Notes under the pieces: generated by a model
Told to the model about the DNA's origin: nothing
Seen by the model: only the letters and a program-made list of their open reading frames with translations
Database searches by the model: none
Origin: an uncultured Candidatus Saccharibacteria bacterium
GTDB taxonomy: Bacteria > Patescibacteriota > Saccharimonadia > Saccharimonadales > CAZICT01
DNA: 64,000 nt
Direction of reading: 5' to 3'
Assembly: GCA_964537935.1 (NCBI GenBank)
Contig: CAZICT010000002.1
Coordinates: forward strand, 140,922-204,921
Translations under genes and position numbers: made by a program
Shown: positions 1 to 10,303 of the stretch, one piece after another
Layout of the letters: every line of letters begins with the position of its first letter
Position numbering within the stretch: position 1 is the first letter of the stretch

Positions 1-1176
1 AAACGAATACTGCAGGCACGGCGCGAGCGCGAGGATATCGCAACGATTGAATTTTTACCGTCCCCGAATTTTTACCTTGAAGACCACGAAGCCAGGGATT
101 ACTTTTCCAAGAAGCACACGCATTTATTCGGTGATTTTTATCAGTGGCAGCGTGAGCGCTTCAACGTATTAATCGATGCAGATTACAAACCGGTAGGCGG
201 TGCCTGGAGACTGAAAGACGACAAGTCAAAACCACTGCCCGAAGGAAACGTGCCGCCGACATTCGAAGTATTTGGCGGGAATCAGTATGTTGATGAGGCT
301 GTGAGTTATGTCAATGAGCATTTTCCGAATAACCCAGGAAGCACTGACTTTATTTGGCCAACTAATCATCACGAAGCTGAGAAGTGGCTAGAGGATTTTG
401 TCGATAACCGCCTGGATTCGTTTGGCGCCTACCAAGACACGATTGATACTAGTGCGGCATGGATGTATCACAGTGCTCTGTCTTCCAGTCTTAATATCGG
501 TCTCTTAAGTCCGCATCAGGTGGTGGAGGCAGCACTAGGCAAGCATCGCAAATCGCCAGTCGCATTACACAGTCTAGAGGTGTTCATTCGACAAATACTT
601 GGCCGCCGGGAATTCGTCCGCGGACAATATATTGTCAAACATAATGAAACGCGCCGCTATAACCCGTTTCGACATAACCGTAGATTTACCGGGGAATGGT
701 ATACCGGCAACCTGGGCTTACCGCCGTTTGATGATATGGTCAGCAAGCTTCACCAACACGCTTATGCCCACAACAGCGAGCGAGCGTTTGTAGCTGGCGG
801 TTTGATGCTTCTGTGTGAAATTCATCCCGATGACGTATTTAAGTGGTTCGGCGAACTTTTTATTGATGCTTACGACTGGGCAATGGCGCCAAATATATAC
901 AACCTAAGCCGGTTTATTGAGCGCGAAGACACAGTTTCAAATCCTCCAATTTGCCCAAGCGATGACATCATTGGTATTAGTAATTATCAAAAAGGTGACT
1001 GGGCGGATGTCTGGGACGGATTGTATTGGCGTTTTATCGAAAAGCACCATAGTAAGTTTTCCGCTTTGCCGCAAATGAAAAAAGCGGTTGAACAACTTAG
1101 TAAAATGGATCCTGATCGCCGGCGCATTATCGGATACCGAGCAGAAGATTTTTTGAATCAATTTACCCAGCAGTAG
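1..1176 (+). CDS. cryptochrome/photolyase-family protein (deoxyribodipyrimidine photolyase-related, COG3046-like); 5' end cut by window edge
   Basis: Frame 1 has no stop from base 1 to the track ORF at 250, so the gene enters from upstream. Segments FGAYQDTID, YHSALSSSLNIGLLSP, REFVRGQY, FIDAYDW and GLYWRFI fit my memory of the photolyase-related C-terminal FAD-binding region. Confidence 0.7.
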   Translation, partial: KRILQARREREDIATIEFLPSPNFYLEDHEARDYFSKKHTHLFGDFYQWQRERFNVLIDADYKPVGGAWRLKDDKSKPLPEGNVPPTFEVFGGNQYVDEAVSYVNEHFPNNPGSTDFIWPTNHHEAEKWLEDFVDNRLDSFGAYQDTIDTSAAWMYHSALSSSLNIGLLSPHQVVEAALGKHRKSPVALHSLEVFIRQILGRREFVRGQYIVKHNETRRYNPFRHNRRFTGEWYTGNLGLPPFDDMVSKLHQHAYAHNSERAFVAGGLMLLCEIHPDDVFKWFGELFIDAYDWAMAPNIYNLSRFIEREDTVSNPPICPSDDIIGISNYQKGDWADVWDGLYWRFIEKHHSKFSALPQMKKAVEQLSKMDPDRRRIIGYRAEDFLNQFTQQ

Positions 1177-1251
1177 GCTGACATTGTAAATTTTTAGGCT
1201 TCTCTTTAAGGGTGTAGTTGCATACAATCATTAAAGACAAGGGAGGTCTTA

Positions 1252-2496
1252 GTGCTAGAAGCGGCTCGCGAAATTATCCGTAAGGCTGGTCTGCATCTTG
1301 GTCTTAGCGACAAGACTATTGAAAGTTTGCTCAAGCCTGATGCGGAGCATGCCTTTGAAATTCAATTGAGTAATGGCAGTGTTCATAAAGCATATCGCGT
1401 CCAGCACAATAACACCCTAGGACCATACAAGGGCGGAATCCGGTACCATCCGGATATCAATATTGATGAAGTGCGCGCCTTGGCGCTACTTATGACGCTA
1501 AAGACCGCTGCAGTCGGCTTGCCATTCGGTGGCAGTAAAGGCGGCGTGCAAATCAATCCTAAGAAACTTATTCCTTCTGAGCTTGAAGAATTGTCCCGCA
1601 GATACGTCGCTCATATGAAAGATCACATCGGACATAACAAAGACATTCCTGCCCCTGATGTCAACACTAATTCGAGGATTATTGACTGGATGGTTGATGA
1701 GTATGAGGCCCAGCTTTCTGACCAGCATGACAAAAATAACAGAGCGCGCTTGGCCAAATCCAGCTTCACGGGAAAATCAATTAAAAACGGGGGCAGTTAC
1801 GGACGCGAGGCGGCTACCGGGCGTGGAGGTATGATCGTCCTACGAGAGCTCTTAAGGCGCAATAACTTTTCTGGCGAACAACTTACGATCGCCGTTCAGG
1901 GCGTTGGTAATGTCGGGTCATTTTTCGGCATTATTGCTGAACAGGAACAGGCTGAGTGGCGGTTGGTTGCAGCTACCGATTCAAGCGGCGGCTTACATTT
2001 GCAAGACGGTTTGCTGATGCGCGATTTGCACGATTTTAAGGTTAAACAAGGAAAACTAAGAGAGTATGAGTTGCCTAACGCACAAATCATTACTAACGAA
2101 GAGCTTATCGGCCTAGAGGTTGATGTACTGGTTTTAGCCGCGCTTGGCGATGCAGTTACAAAGAAAAACATGAAGTCGGTACGAGCCAGTATTGTTTTAG
2201 AACTGGCTAACGGTCCGGTTGACGAAGAGGCATACGAGTATCTGACCGAAAAAGGTGTGATAATAATACCGGACGTGCTGGCAAACGCCGGAGGAGTGAT
2301 TACAAGTTTTCTTGAGTGGCAGCAAAATAAATCTGACGAACAATGGGAGGAAGATCGGGTAAACGAAGTACTTGAAGAGTATATAATAAGAACGTTTAAC
2401 GAGATTTATGACTACGCCGCCAAGCATAACTTAGCGCTCAAAGAAGCAGCTTATGCTCTGGCTTTAAAACGTATTCTTAATCATAAGCAGGAGTAA
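1252..2496 (+). CDS. gdhA: Glu/Leu/Phe/Val-family (glutamate) dehydrogenase
   Basis: GPYKGGIRYHP and FGGSKGG catalytic-Lys region plus AVQGVGNVGS dinucleotide-binding motif. GGGAGG SD lies 5 nt upstream of the GTG start. Confidence 0.85.
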   Translation: MLEAAREIIRKAGLHLGLSDKTIESLLKPDAEHAFEIQLSNGSVHKAYRVQHNNTLGPYKGGIRYHPDINIDEVRALALLMTLKTAAVGLPFGGSKGGVQINPKKLIPSELEELSRRYVAHMKDHIGHNKDIPAPDVNTNSRIIDWMVDEYEAQLSDQHDKNNRARLAKSSFTGKSIKNGGSYGREAATGRGGMIVLRELLRRNNFSGEQLTIAVQGVGNVGSFFGIIAEQEQAEWRLVAATDSSGGLHLQDGLLMRDLHDFKVKQGKLREYELPNAQIITNEELIGLEVDVLVLAALGDAVTKKNMKSVRASIVLELANGPVDEEAYEYLTEKGVIIIPDVLANAGGVITSFLEWQQNKSDEQWEEDRVNEVLEEYIIRTFNEIYDYAAKHNLALKEAAYALALKRILNHKQE

Positions 2497-2500
2497 GATA

Positions 2501-2932
2501 ATGGCAAAATCAAAAAAAACTTCACCGAAACAGGTTGCCGCAGAAAGAGCCGCCGTCGCTAAGGCGGCTGCAGTGTCCCGTGCCCAAGCCTTAAGAGAAA
2601 CCCGGACAGGCAAACACTTAGGCGGCTTCATGGACTTCATTAGAGAACAGGGAATTATCGGTCTGGCAATCGGTCTAGTTATAGGTGTTCAGGTAAAAGC
2701 GGTAGTAGATTCACTGGTAGCAAGCTTTATTAATCCTTTGGTAGGCCTTATTCTTCCAGGCAGCGGCCGGCTTTCCGATAAAACATTTAGCTTAACCATA
2801 GGTGGTAACACACAAAATTTTACCTACGGAGCTTTTACTTCTGTTTTTATTAGTTTTCTTGTAATCGCGGCAGTAATATACTTTGTCGTGAAAGGCCTAA
2901 AGCTCGACAAACTCGATAAGAAAAAGGCCTAA
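2501..2932 (+). CDS. mscL: large-conductance mechanosensitive channel MscL with ~40-aa K/A-rich N-terminal extension
   Basis: FIREQGIIGLAIGLVIGVQVKAVVDSLVASFINPLVG matches the MscL TM1 and loop signature, with a second TM near the C-terminus. A strong AGGAG SD precedes the ATG at 2501; only a weak site precedes the internal Met at 2630. Confidence 0.85.
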   Translation: MAKSKKTSPKQVAAERAAVAKAAAVSRAQALRETRTGKHLGGFMDFIREQGIIGLAIGLVIGVQVKAVVDSLVASFINPLVGLILPGSGRLSDKTFSLTIGGNTQNFTYGAFTSVFISFLVIAAVIYFVVKGLKLDKLDKKKA

Positions 2933-3011
2933 ATAAACCAAATTCAAATCGGCTCAAAGAGTTTGGTAGCGACAATCCCTACGTATTGGTATATACAGGT
3001 ATACTGTTAGT

Positions 3012-3413
3012 ATGGACAATATTACGGATGAGGATTGGAAGAATAAGCTAACGCCGGAGCAATATAGGATATTACGCCAAAAAGGTACAGAACCGGCATT
3101 TACCGGCGAGTTATTGCACAATAAAGAATCAGGCACCTACACATGCGCGGCCTGTGGCAGTAAGCTGTTTGATTCGACAACTAAGTTTGAATCCGGTTCT
3201 GGCTGGCCAAGTTTTTACGATGTTATGGACAATGATGCCGTAAAACTTGTTGAAGATACTAGTAATGACATGCTAAGAACTGAAGTGGTTTGTGCTAATT
3301 GCGGAGGCCACCTTGGCCATTTGTTTGATGACGCTTACGATCAACCGACAGGTCAGCGTTACTGCATTAATTCCGCCAGCCTTGGGTTTATTAAGCGTGA
3401 TAAATCGGTATAA
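3012..3413 (+). CDS. msrB: peptide-methionine (R)-S-oxide reductase MsrB
   Basis: Two CxxC pairs ([21 protein letters not shown]), GWPSF and the RYCINS catalytic Cys motif. Confidence 0.9.
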   Translation: MDNITDEDWKNKLTPEQYRILRQKGTEPAFTGELLHNKESGTYTCAACGSKLFDSTTKFESGSGWPSFYDVMDNDAVKLVEDTSNDMLRTEVVCANCGGHLGHLFDDAYDQPTGQRYCINSASLGFIKRDKSV

Positions 3414-3447
3414 TAAGCGTTAGAGTTTTCAATTTTTCAAGGAGTTT

Positions 3448-4899
3448 ATGAATAATAACGATATACAAAACCGATACCGTGGCTACAGGGGTCGGGATAA
3501 TTCGTTATCGCGCCCAAGGCCGCATGCAAGGCCAAAACCTGCTGCTCCAAGAAATCAGCAAAATTCTCAGTCAACGCCGCAAACACATACTGATCCTCTT
3601 CAGTATGCAGTAAGCGAAAAAACTTCCAATTTCCAGCCGCTGCCCAAGGCAAGCTCTAAAAAACGCAGTAAGAAACCACTGCTAATTATCCTGGTGGTTT
3701 TACTTGTGATAACGATTGCAGGCGGAGCGTATTGGTGGTTTGTGATGAAGAATGACAGTAAGTCTAATTCTTACAGTCTGGGCGACGGAGAGCGTAACCC
3801 GCCTGGTGAAATAATCTTAAACGGCGAAAAAGATGAAGAAACATTGCCTGCAGGTGGCACTTTGCGACTTGTAGCAACCGGCGATATGATTGCCCACGAC
3901 ACTGTTAATGACAATGCCCGAAAAGCCGACGGTACATATGACTATTTGCAGCTAATGGATAAAATGAAACCGTTCTTTACGAGTGCTGATATACGGTTTT
4001 GCAACCAGGCAACTCCAGCCGGTGGAGAAGAGTTTGGCATTTCAGGTTATCCGGTATTTAATGCACCGGTCGCCTTTGCACGGGGTATAGAAGCCGTCGG
4101 CTGTAACGTTATAAATATCGGTACTAACCATACCAACGATAAAGGACAGCCACTAATTGACGCGACTGCTGCAGCCTGGGATGACCGGGAAGGGGTACTG
4201 GCAGTAGCTGGCGCAAACCGGACTGTCAGCGAGCAGAGCCGGGTCCGTTACTTCACAGTCAAAGGAGTGAAATTCGCTTTTGTTACCTACACTACTTACT
4301 CCAATAGTCCGCCCGCTAACAACTTTGGAATCAATATGTATAACGATACTTTAGCGAAAACTCAGCTTACCGAAGCGCGCAAAAATGCCGAATATGTAAT
4401 TGCCAGTATGCGTTGGGGAACAGAATACAGTCCCGAAGTTAATGCTCAGCAAGATGAGATTGCTCAAAAACTTGCTGATTTCGGTGCTGACGTGGTGTTT
4501 GGCCACGGCCCTCACGTGCTTGAGCCGGTCAAGAAGCTGAAAAGCGTCGATGAACGTGATGTGTATGTCTGGTATTCCTTAGGTAATTTCCTAAACACCC
4601 AACTGGAAACTGAAGCACTGATAGGCGGGTTTGCAGTCATGGATATCGATATTGCCTCTAAGAAAGTGACAAAAGCGGCCTTTATGCCGACCTATATGCA
4701 TTATGATTGGACGGCTCAGGAAAAAGCAGCCGGCAATCTGTTGGCTCGCAAGAATCTAGAGATGGTACCGCTTGATAAAGCTGGTGATTTGCTTGCCAAA
4801 TCGCTTCTCGGTACAACCGTAGAAGCTCAAACCGAACGTATAAAAAACGTACTCAATAAATATACTGAGGTACCAATCATTACCTCGACAGAGTACTAG
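3448..4899 (+). CDS. CapA-family (poly-gamma-glutamate capsule synthesis-type) metallophosphatase, N-terminally membrane anchored
   Basis: Motifs LRLVATGDMIAHD, NIGTNHTNDKG, MRWGTEY and FGHGPHVLEP match the CapA/PGA_cap pattern. One TM helix (PLLIILVVLLVITIAGGAYWWF). AAGGAG SD present. Confidence 0.75.
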   Translation: MNNNDIQNRYRGYRGRDNSLSRPRPHARPKPAAPRNQQNSQSTPQTHTDPLQYAVSEKTSNFQPLPKASSKKRSKKPLLIILVVLLVITIAGGAYWWFVMKNDSKSNSYSLGDGERNPPGEIILNGEKDEETLPAGGTLRLVATGDMIAHDTVNDNARKADGTYDYLQLMDKMKPFFTSADIRFCNQATPAGGEEFGISGYPVFNAPVAFARGIEAVGCNVINIGTNHTNDKGQPLIDATAAAWDDREGVLAVAGANRTVSEQSRVRYFTVKGVKFAFVTYTTYSNSPPANNFGINMYNDTLAKTQLTEARKNAEYVIASMRWGTEYSPEVNAQQDEIAQKLADFGADVVFGHGPHVLEPVKKLKSVDERDVYVWYSLGNFLNTQLETEALIGGFAVMDIDIASKKVTKAAFMPTYMHYDWTAQEKAAGNLLARKNLEMVPLDKAGDLLAKSLLGTTVEAQTERIKNVLNKYTEVPIITSTEY

Positions 4900-5690
4900 T
4901 TGTAATCAGGCGCCGGCGGAAGATTAAAGAATTCTTCTAAAGTAGATATATTCTGGTGGTGCATCTCACTGGCGAGTTCAACGCCTACATAACGCAGGTG
5001 CCAGGGTTCGTACTGGTAGCCCGTTATGTTTTCTTTGCTCTCCGGATAGCGGATGATAAAGCCGTATTTATGTGCATTTTTTGCCAGCCATTGGCCTTCA
5101 GGGGTATCCTCGAAACATATCTCCAAGTGACAAGCTCCGTTAGAAGCTGTCGCATCAAAAGACAGCCCGGTTTGATGTTCGCTCGTGCCCGGCCTTGCGC
5201 TATAACGATCGGCTGCTACCTGTCCGTCCTGGGCTACATAAGAGTCGTAAAACTGTTTTTGCAAATTATAAGACCTATAACCGCTGCCAAACACGATCGA
5301 TATACCGTCGGCTTCGGCAGCTGCAAACATTTCTTCCAGCGCCGGGGTGGCGGAAGTGCCAAACTGCATTTGCTCAGCTGTGGCAGCTAGTCGCAGTGTT
5401 ACGTTCGGAACAGTTAATTCTGGTGTGTAGTTATCGGGCAAAGGGCGGGTTTTATTGACTACCCACCAGATGCTTCCCGGTTCGCTGATAGAAAACATTT
5501 GCTTGTTAAAGCCCTGATCTTCAGGTTGTTCATCGTTTTGCGAATGCTGGCTATCTGAATTCGTGTCGACGGATGTTGTAGGCGTGGATGACGTCGAATC
5601 GGACCGGCCAGAGATTATCCATGCGGCTAAAAGTACCAGTATTAACCCAATACCTATCAAGCCGACAAGATTTCTTTTCTTACGAGTCAT
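4896..5690 (-). CDS. D-alanyl-D-alanine carboxypeptidase, VanY/M15B family, membrane anchored
   Basis: SGYRSYNLQ, SEHQTGLSFD and EPWHLRYVG match the VanY Zn-peptidase motifs. N-terminal TM helix present. Confidence 0.8.
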   Translation of the reverse strand: MTRKKRNLVGLIGIGLILVLLAAWIISGRSDSTSSTPTTSVDTNSDSQHSQNDEQPEDQGFNKQMFSISEPGSIWWVVNKTRPLPDNYTPELTVPNVTLRLAATAEQMQFGTSATPALEEMFAAAEADGISIVFGSGYRSYNLQKQFYDSYVAQDGQVAADRYSARPGTSEHQTGLSFDATASNGACHLEICFEDTPEGQWLAKNAHKYGFIIRYPESKENITGYQYEPWHLRYVGVELASEMHHQNISTLEEFFNLPPAPDYN

Positions 5691-5730
5691 ACCTTATAGT
5701 ATACCGCGCTAATCTGTATAATGAGACATC

Positions 5731-6288
5731 ATGAAGGAAAAAAACATCATACCCTCAAAACTGTTATGGGTGGATTTGGAGATGACCGGATTGGAGCCTG
5801 CCAAAGACGTGCTTCTGGAAGTATCCGCGGAAATCACCGACTTCTCATTTAAAACTCTTGCCAATTATGATGCTCGCATCAAGCAAAGGAAAGAAGTCGT
5901 CGCAAAACGCATGCAAGAAAACATCTGGTGGCGTGACTTCACTGAGAACCGAGACGATTTCCTGAATAATTTGAACAGCGGCCTGCCGCTTGAGCAGGTT
6001 GAACAAGAGTTAATATCACTGGTTAAAGATCAATTCAAGGATGAGCCGGCGGTGCTAGCGGGTAACTCTATTCATAGCGACCGCGCTTTCATTCAGCACT
6101 GGATGCCGGAGTTTGATCTGCTGTTACATTACCGTATGCTTGATGTCAGCTCATGGAAGATAGTTATGCAGGGCAAATACGGAGCAGTATACGAAAAGAA
6201 CAATTCGCACCGCGCATTTGACGACATACAAGCATCCATCGCTGAACTGCAATACTACCTGGATTGGTTCAAAAATCACTCTGAATAG
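5731..6288 (+). CDS. orn: oligoribonuclease (DEDDh 3'-5' exonuclease)
   Basis: LLWVDLEMTGL, AGNSIHSDRAFI and HRAFDDIQASIAEL match the Exo I-III motifs of Orn. Confidence 0.85.
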   Translation: MKEKNIIPSKLLWVDLEMTGLEPAKDVLLEVSAEITDFSFKTLANYDARIKQRKEVVAKRMQENIWWRDFTENRDDFLNNLNSGLPLEQVEQELISLVKDQFKDEPAVLAGNSIHSDRAFIQHWMPEFDLLLHYRMLDVSSWKIVMQGKYGAVYEKNNSHRAFDDIQASIAELQYYLDWFKNHSE

Positions 6289-6296
6289 GTATTTAT

Positions 6297-6641
6297 ATGG
6301 ATCATAAAACCGTAGAAGAATTTATATTAAGTCTTCCCAATTCAAGGCTCGACTATCCGTTTGGTAAAGAGGCGGCAGTTTATAAGGTTGAAGACAAGAT
6401 GTTTGCACTGGTAGCAGAAGGTAAGCAGCCGGTGCGACTAAGCCTTAAGTGCGATCCGGAGTTATCCAAAGTTTTAAGAGAAAAATACGAATCAGTTATG
6501 GAGGGCTATCACTTGAACAAAAAGCACTGGAACACAATTGTGCTTAGCGGCCAACTTAGCTGGGATGAGGTTCAAGCCCTTATCCGTCACTCCTACGATT
6601 TGGTTACTAAGGCCGATAGTGACACGCCAATCTTCGGCTAG
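6297..6641 (+). CDS. MmcQ/YjbR-family protein
   Basis: LDYPFGKEAAVYKVEDKMFAL, LSLKCDPE and HLNKKHWNTIVL are typical of the YjbR family. Confidence 0.7.
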   Translation: MDHKTVEEFILSLPNSRLDYPFGKEAAVYKVEDKMFALVAEGKQPVRLSLKCDPELSKVLREKYESVMEGYHLNKKHWNTIVLSGQLSWDEVQALIRHSYDLVTKADSDTPIFG

Positions 6642-6653
6642 GTGCCAACGATT

Positions 6654-7274
6654 TTAATTGTCAGTCTGATTAGTGACTCCAGCAAGTGTATTGGCGCTTT
6701 GAAATTGTACGGCTAAAGCTTCTTTAAGCTTTTTATCGTTGGTGCCTTCATAGGCCCTCTTAACAATTTGCTGATATTCTTTCAGCTCAATATTAATGAC
6801 TTCAATAAACACCTCATCGAAACGGTTGTTCTGCTCGGCTTCCGTGAGGGTTGCATCTACTTTGGCGTTTCGGGAGGAACTAAGTTCTTTGCTATTTAGT
6901 TTTCTGCCGGCACTGGCAGCGGCGCTCAGCATTTCTTTTTGCTGTGATTGCAATGACAGTTTAGTGGTTATGGCAATATCTTTAGCGGCTTGGGTTTGAG
7001 CTTTATCGACGCCAATTTGAGCGACTCTAATCAGTTCGTTTTGTTCTTTTGCGGCTGCTACAAGCGCCTTGGTATCAGGTTTGCCGGCGCCCAGTATAAG
7101 ATTCATGAATATACCGGCGATGATTATGAATATTATCAACCCGATGCCGGCAATGATCATGCGACCTTTAGTAGAGTTTCCGCCGGGAAGGTTTAAAATT
7201 TTCTTTTGCGGCTGATTGGGGTTCAAAATAAAATCGTATTGGTTGTTTTGGTTTTGCCCACTTTGTTGATCCAT
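6654..7274 (-). CDS. hypothetical single-pass membrane protein with Q/N-rich N-terminus
   Basis: 206-aa ORF with one clear TM helix (MIIAGIGLIIFIIIAGIFMNLIL) and a helical extracytoplasmic part. I recognise no family. Confidence 0.55.
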   Translation of the reverse strand: MDQQSGQNQNNQYDFILNPNQPQKKILNLPGGNSTKGRMIIAGIGLIIFIIIAGIFMNLILGAGKPDTKALVAAAKEQNELIRVAQIGVDKAQTQAAKDIAITTKLSLQSQQKEMLSAAASAGRKLNSKELSSSRNAKVDATLTEAEQNNRFDEVFIEVINIELKEYQQIVKRAYEGTNDKKLKEALAVQFQSANTLAGVTNQTDN

Positions 7275-7355
7275 AACCAGTATTGTACCAGTTATTTTCT
7301 CCGACGCTTGCTAAATACTATCTCCTCGTTGATGTCCAGTGTAAACTGAAGGTAT

Positions 7356-9095
7356 ATGGATGCGGTGCAGGATGTAAAAGAGCGATTGGCGATCGAGGAC
7401 GTTATCAGCGAATACGTTCAGCTCAAGCGTGCCGGCCGCAACTTCAAGGGACTTAGCCCGTTCACGAGCGAAAAAACTCCGAGTTTTGTGGTTAGTCCGG
7501 AAAAAAATATCTGGCATGATTTTAGCTCCGGTAAGGGAGGCGACGTCTTTAGTTTTGTAATGGAGATGGAGGGTTTGGATTTTCGTGGTGCGCTGGAGCT
7601 GCTTGCAAGACGGGCCGGCGTAGATCTTGAGTTGTATGATTCCAAAAAAACCGGTCATTCAGCCAAAACAAAAGAGCGGTTGTATGCGGTAATCGAGGCG
7701 GCCACCAAGTTTTATCAAGCGCATCTCAAACAAAATAAAACAGCGCTTGAGTATGTACTAAAACAGAGAAAGTTTACGAAAGATACGGTGCTGGAATTCC
7801 GGCTCGGTTATTCGCCAAATAACGGCACGGCTCTAATTGATTATTTAAAAAAACAAAAATTTACCGAAAAAGAAATGGAGAAAGCCGGCTTAACCGCCAG
7901 GCGCTACCGTGGTTTGGGTGATATGTTTCGTGGACGGTTGATGGTGCCACTTATGGACCCGCAAGGCAGAGTGCTGGGTTTTACTGCCAGACTGCTTGAT
8001 GATGACCCAAAAGCGCCAAAATATATCAACACACCCCAAACGTTATTGTATGACAAGAGTCGTCATGTTTTTGGACTGCATCTTGCAAAAGACGCTTTAC
8101 GAAAAACAAAAATCGCGGTAATCGTCGAGGGGAATTTAGACGTAATCGCCAGCCATCAGTCTGGCGTTAAAAATGTTGTTGCCACTGCCGGTACGGCACT
8201 GACTGAAATGAATCTCAAGGCCATCAGCCGCTTCACCGGAGATGTGCGCCTGGCTTTTGACCAGGATCGGGCGGGACAGGCTGCAGCCGAACGAGCGATT
8301 CCGATAGCCGCCAAGACAGGAGCAACCCTCAGCATCATTACTATTCCTGAAGGTAAAGATCCGGATGAGCTTATTAAAAAGAATCCAAAACTGTGGGAGG
8401 AAGCGATTGACAACAACCAGTATGCGGTTGACTGGCTAATTGATCGGTACAAGTCCCAACTTGATTTATCGACAGCCGTAGGAAAACGTCAATTTAGCGA
8501 TATTGTCTTAGCTACCATTCGCCGATTGCCCGATACTGTCGAGCAAGATCACTACATAGCTAAGTTAGCGGATATGATTTCGGTCAGCACCGAAGCTCTT
8601 CGCAGTAAATTCGTTGCCGAAAAGGGCAGCAATCGGGTCAGAAAACAACCCAAACAAAACGTAATGGTAGATAAAGAATCGGCAGATTATTCCCGTTCAC
8701 AAAACCAATTACTAGCTCTAACACTAATGCGACCGAAGTTACGTTCATACCTTGAGCCGATTACTGACGTTATGCTGGGCAGTAAAGAAGCTAAAGCCGT
8801 GTTAGCTTTTATTAAGTCCAATCCAGACTTTAAAGGTGATCCAAACACCCTTAAAGAGCTGCAGCCATTTGCAGATTATGTTAAAATGTTGCTATTACAG
8901 CATGAGGCGATGTATCAAGATCTAGACGAGATTGAGCTTCAGTATGAAATTGCTCGATTGCAGGTCCGCCTAATAGAACAGTATGTGAAAACTAAAAAGA
9001 GTCAGTTGGCAGCAGAAATGAAAGACGCCGATGAGGCTACGGTTCATTCGTTGCTCGAACAAGCTCGAACACTCGATAAATTACTTAAGCATTAA
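7356..9095 (+). CDS. dnaG: DNA primase DnaG (zinc-ribbon ligands absent)
   Basis: [19 protein letters not shown] aligns to the zf-CHC2 region. The TOPRIM motif is [13 protein letters not shown] followed by [11 protein letters not shown]. Sits immediately upstream of rpoD, as in the macromolecular synthesis operon. Confidence 0.9.
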   Translation: MDAVQDVKERLAIEDVISEYVQLKRAGRNFKGLSPFTSEKTPSFVVSPEKNIWHDFSSGKGGDVFSFVMEMEGLDFRGALELLARRAGVDLELYDSKKTGHSAKTKERLYAVIEAATKFYQAHLKQNKTALEYVLKQRKFTKDTVLEFRLGYSPNNGTALIDYLKKQKFTEKEMEKAGLTARRYRGLGDMFRGRLMVPLMDPQGRVLGFTARLLDDDPKAPKYINTPQTLLYDKSRHVFGLHLAKDALRKTKIAVIVEGNLDVIASHQSGVKNVVATAGTALTEMNLKAISRFTGDVRLAFDQDRAGQAAAERAIPIAAKTGATLSIITIPEGKDPDELIKKNPKLWEEAIDNNQYAVDWLIDRYKSQLDLSTAVGKRQFSDIVLATIRRLPDTVEQDHYIAKLADMISVSTEALRSKFVAEKGSNRVRKQPKQNVMVDKESADYSRSQNQLLALTLMRPKLRSYLEPITDVMLGSKEAKAVLAFIKSNPDFKGDPNTLKELQPFADYVKMLLLQHEAMYQDLDEIELQYEIARLQVRLIEQYVKTKKSQLAAEMKDADEATVHSLLEQARTLDKLLKH

Positions 9096-9106
9096 GGAGA
9101 TTACTT

Positions 9107-10243
9107 GTGCCAAAGCCGAACAAGAAGGTAACCGTTAAGGTGCCCAAAGAAACGACGCAAGAAGAATTGAAGCAGCAGCTGGTAGACAAGGCCATTAAAG
9201 ATGGCAAGATTGCTCAGCGTGATATTTTCGCAGTAATTCCGGACACACCGGAAAATAACGATATACTGGATAGCCTGTATACGGAGCTGGCTGATGCCAA
9301 TGTTAAAATTACTGAATCTAGCTCGGGTAAAGGTGCTAAAGGCGACGATTGGACTGATGATGAAGATGAAGAAGAAGAGGTAGAGATAAGCGATAAGGTT
9401 TATCTGGATGATATTGCTGATGATTCGGTACGACTTTACTTGCGCGAAATTGGAAAGATACCGCTTTTGAGCGCTGAAGAAGAGCTGGAGTTAGCCCAAA
9501 AAGTAGTTGCCGGCGATAAGCGGGCCAAGGACAAAATGGCCGAGGCGAATATGCGTTTGGTCGTGTCGATTGCTAAACGTTATGTTGGGCGAGGACTGGA
9601 CCTATTGGATCTTATACAGGAAGGAAATACCGGACTGTTACGCGCGGTCGAAAAGTTTGATCCTGATAAAGGCTTTAAATTTTCAACTTATGCCACCTGG
9701 TGGATTAGACAGGCTATTACCCGAGCGATAGCCGATCAAGCCCGCACCATCCGTATCCCTGTACATATGGTTGAGACAATCAATAAACTACTTCGAACCC
9801 AGCGCCGCTTAACTCAGGAGCTAAACCGTGAGCCGACCAACGAAGAGATTGCCAAAGAAATGGAAATTGAGGTTGATAAAGTCGAACACATTATGAAAAT
9901 TAAACAGGATATTTCCAGTCTTGATGCCAGTGTGCGAGACGACGAGGAAGATTCTGTATTGGCTGACTTTATCGAAGATGAAGATACTATTTCACCGGAA
10001 GAATCTGCGACCGGCCAGCTTTTGAAAGAGCACGTCAAAGACATGTTGGGTAGCCTGACTGAACGTGAACAAAAAATCCTTAAACTGCGGTTTGGATTGG
10101 AAGACGGCAAGAGCCATACGCTTGAAGAAGTCGGTCAAGAATTTTCGGTGACGCGTGAGCGCATCCGGCAAATTGAAGCCAAAGCTCTAGCCAAGCTACG
10201 TAAACACAAAGACAGCAAAAAACTCCACGATTACATTAAGTAA
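9107..10243 (+). CDS. rpoD: primary RNA polymerase sigma-70 factor
   Basis: Region 2 ([37 protein letters not shown]), region 3 and region 4.2 ([24 protein letters not shown]). AAGGAG SD before the GTG start. Confidence 0.92.
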   Translation: MPKPNKKVTVKVPKETTQEELKQQLVDKAIKDGKIAQRDIFAVIPDTPENNDILDSLYTELADANVKITESSSGKGAKGDDWTDDEDEEEEVEISDKVYLDDIADDSVRLYLREIGKIPLLSAEEELELAQKVVAGDKRAKDKMAEANMRLVVSIAKRYVGRGLDLLDLIQEGNTGLLRAVEKFDPDKGFKFSTYATWWIRQAITRAIADQARTIRIPVHMVETINKLLRTQRRLTQELNREPTNEEIAKEMEIEVDKVEHIMKIKQDISSLDASVRDDEEDSVLADFIEDEDTISPEESATGQLLKEHVKDMLGSLTEREQKILKLRFGLEDGKSHTLEEVGQEFSVTRERIRQIEAKALAKLRKHKDSKKLHDYIK

Positions 10244-10303
10244 TTGCCTAAATAGTTTTGCCGCGTAGCTACTTTTATTTAGACAATGTAGAATGGATTT
10301 GAT

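Noticed and set aside
4896-4899. The convergent capA-like and vanY-like genes share overlapping stop codons within CTAG.
   Set aside because: This is real but trivial. It reflects genome compaction, and no regulatory inference can be drawn.
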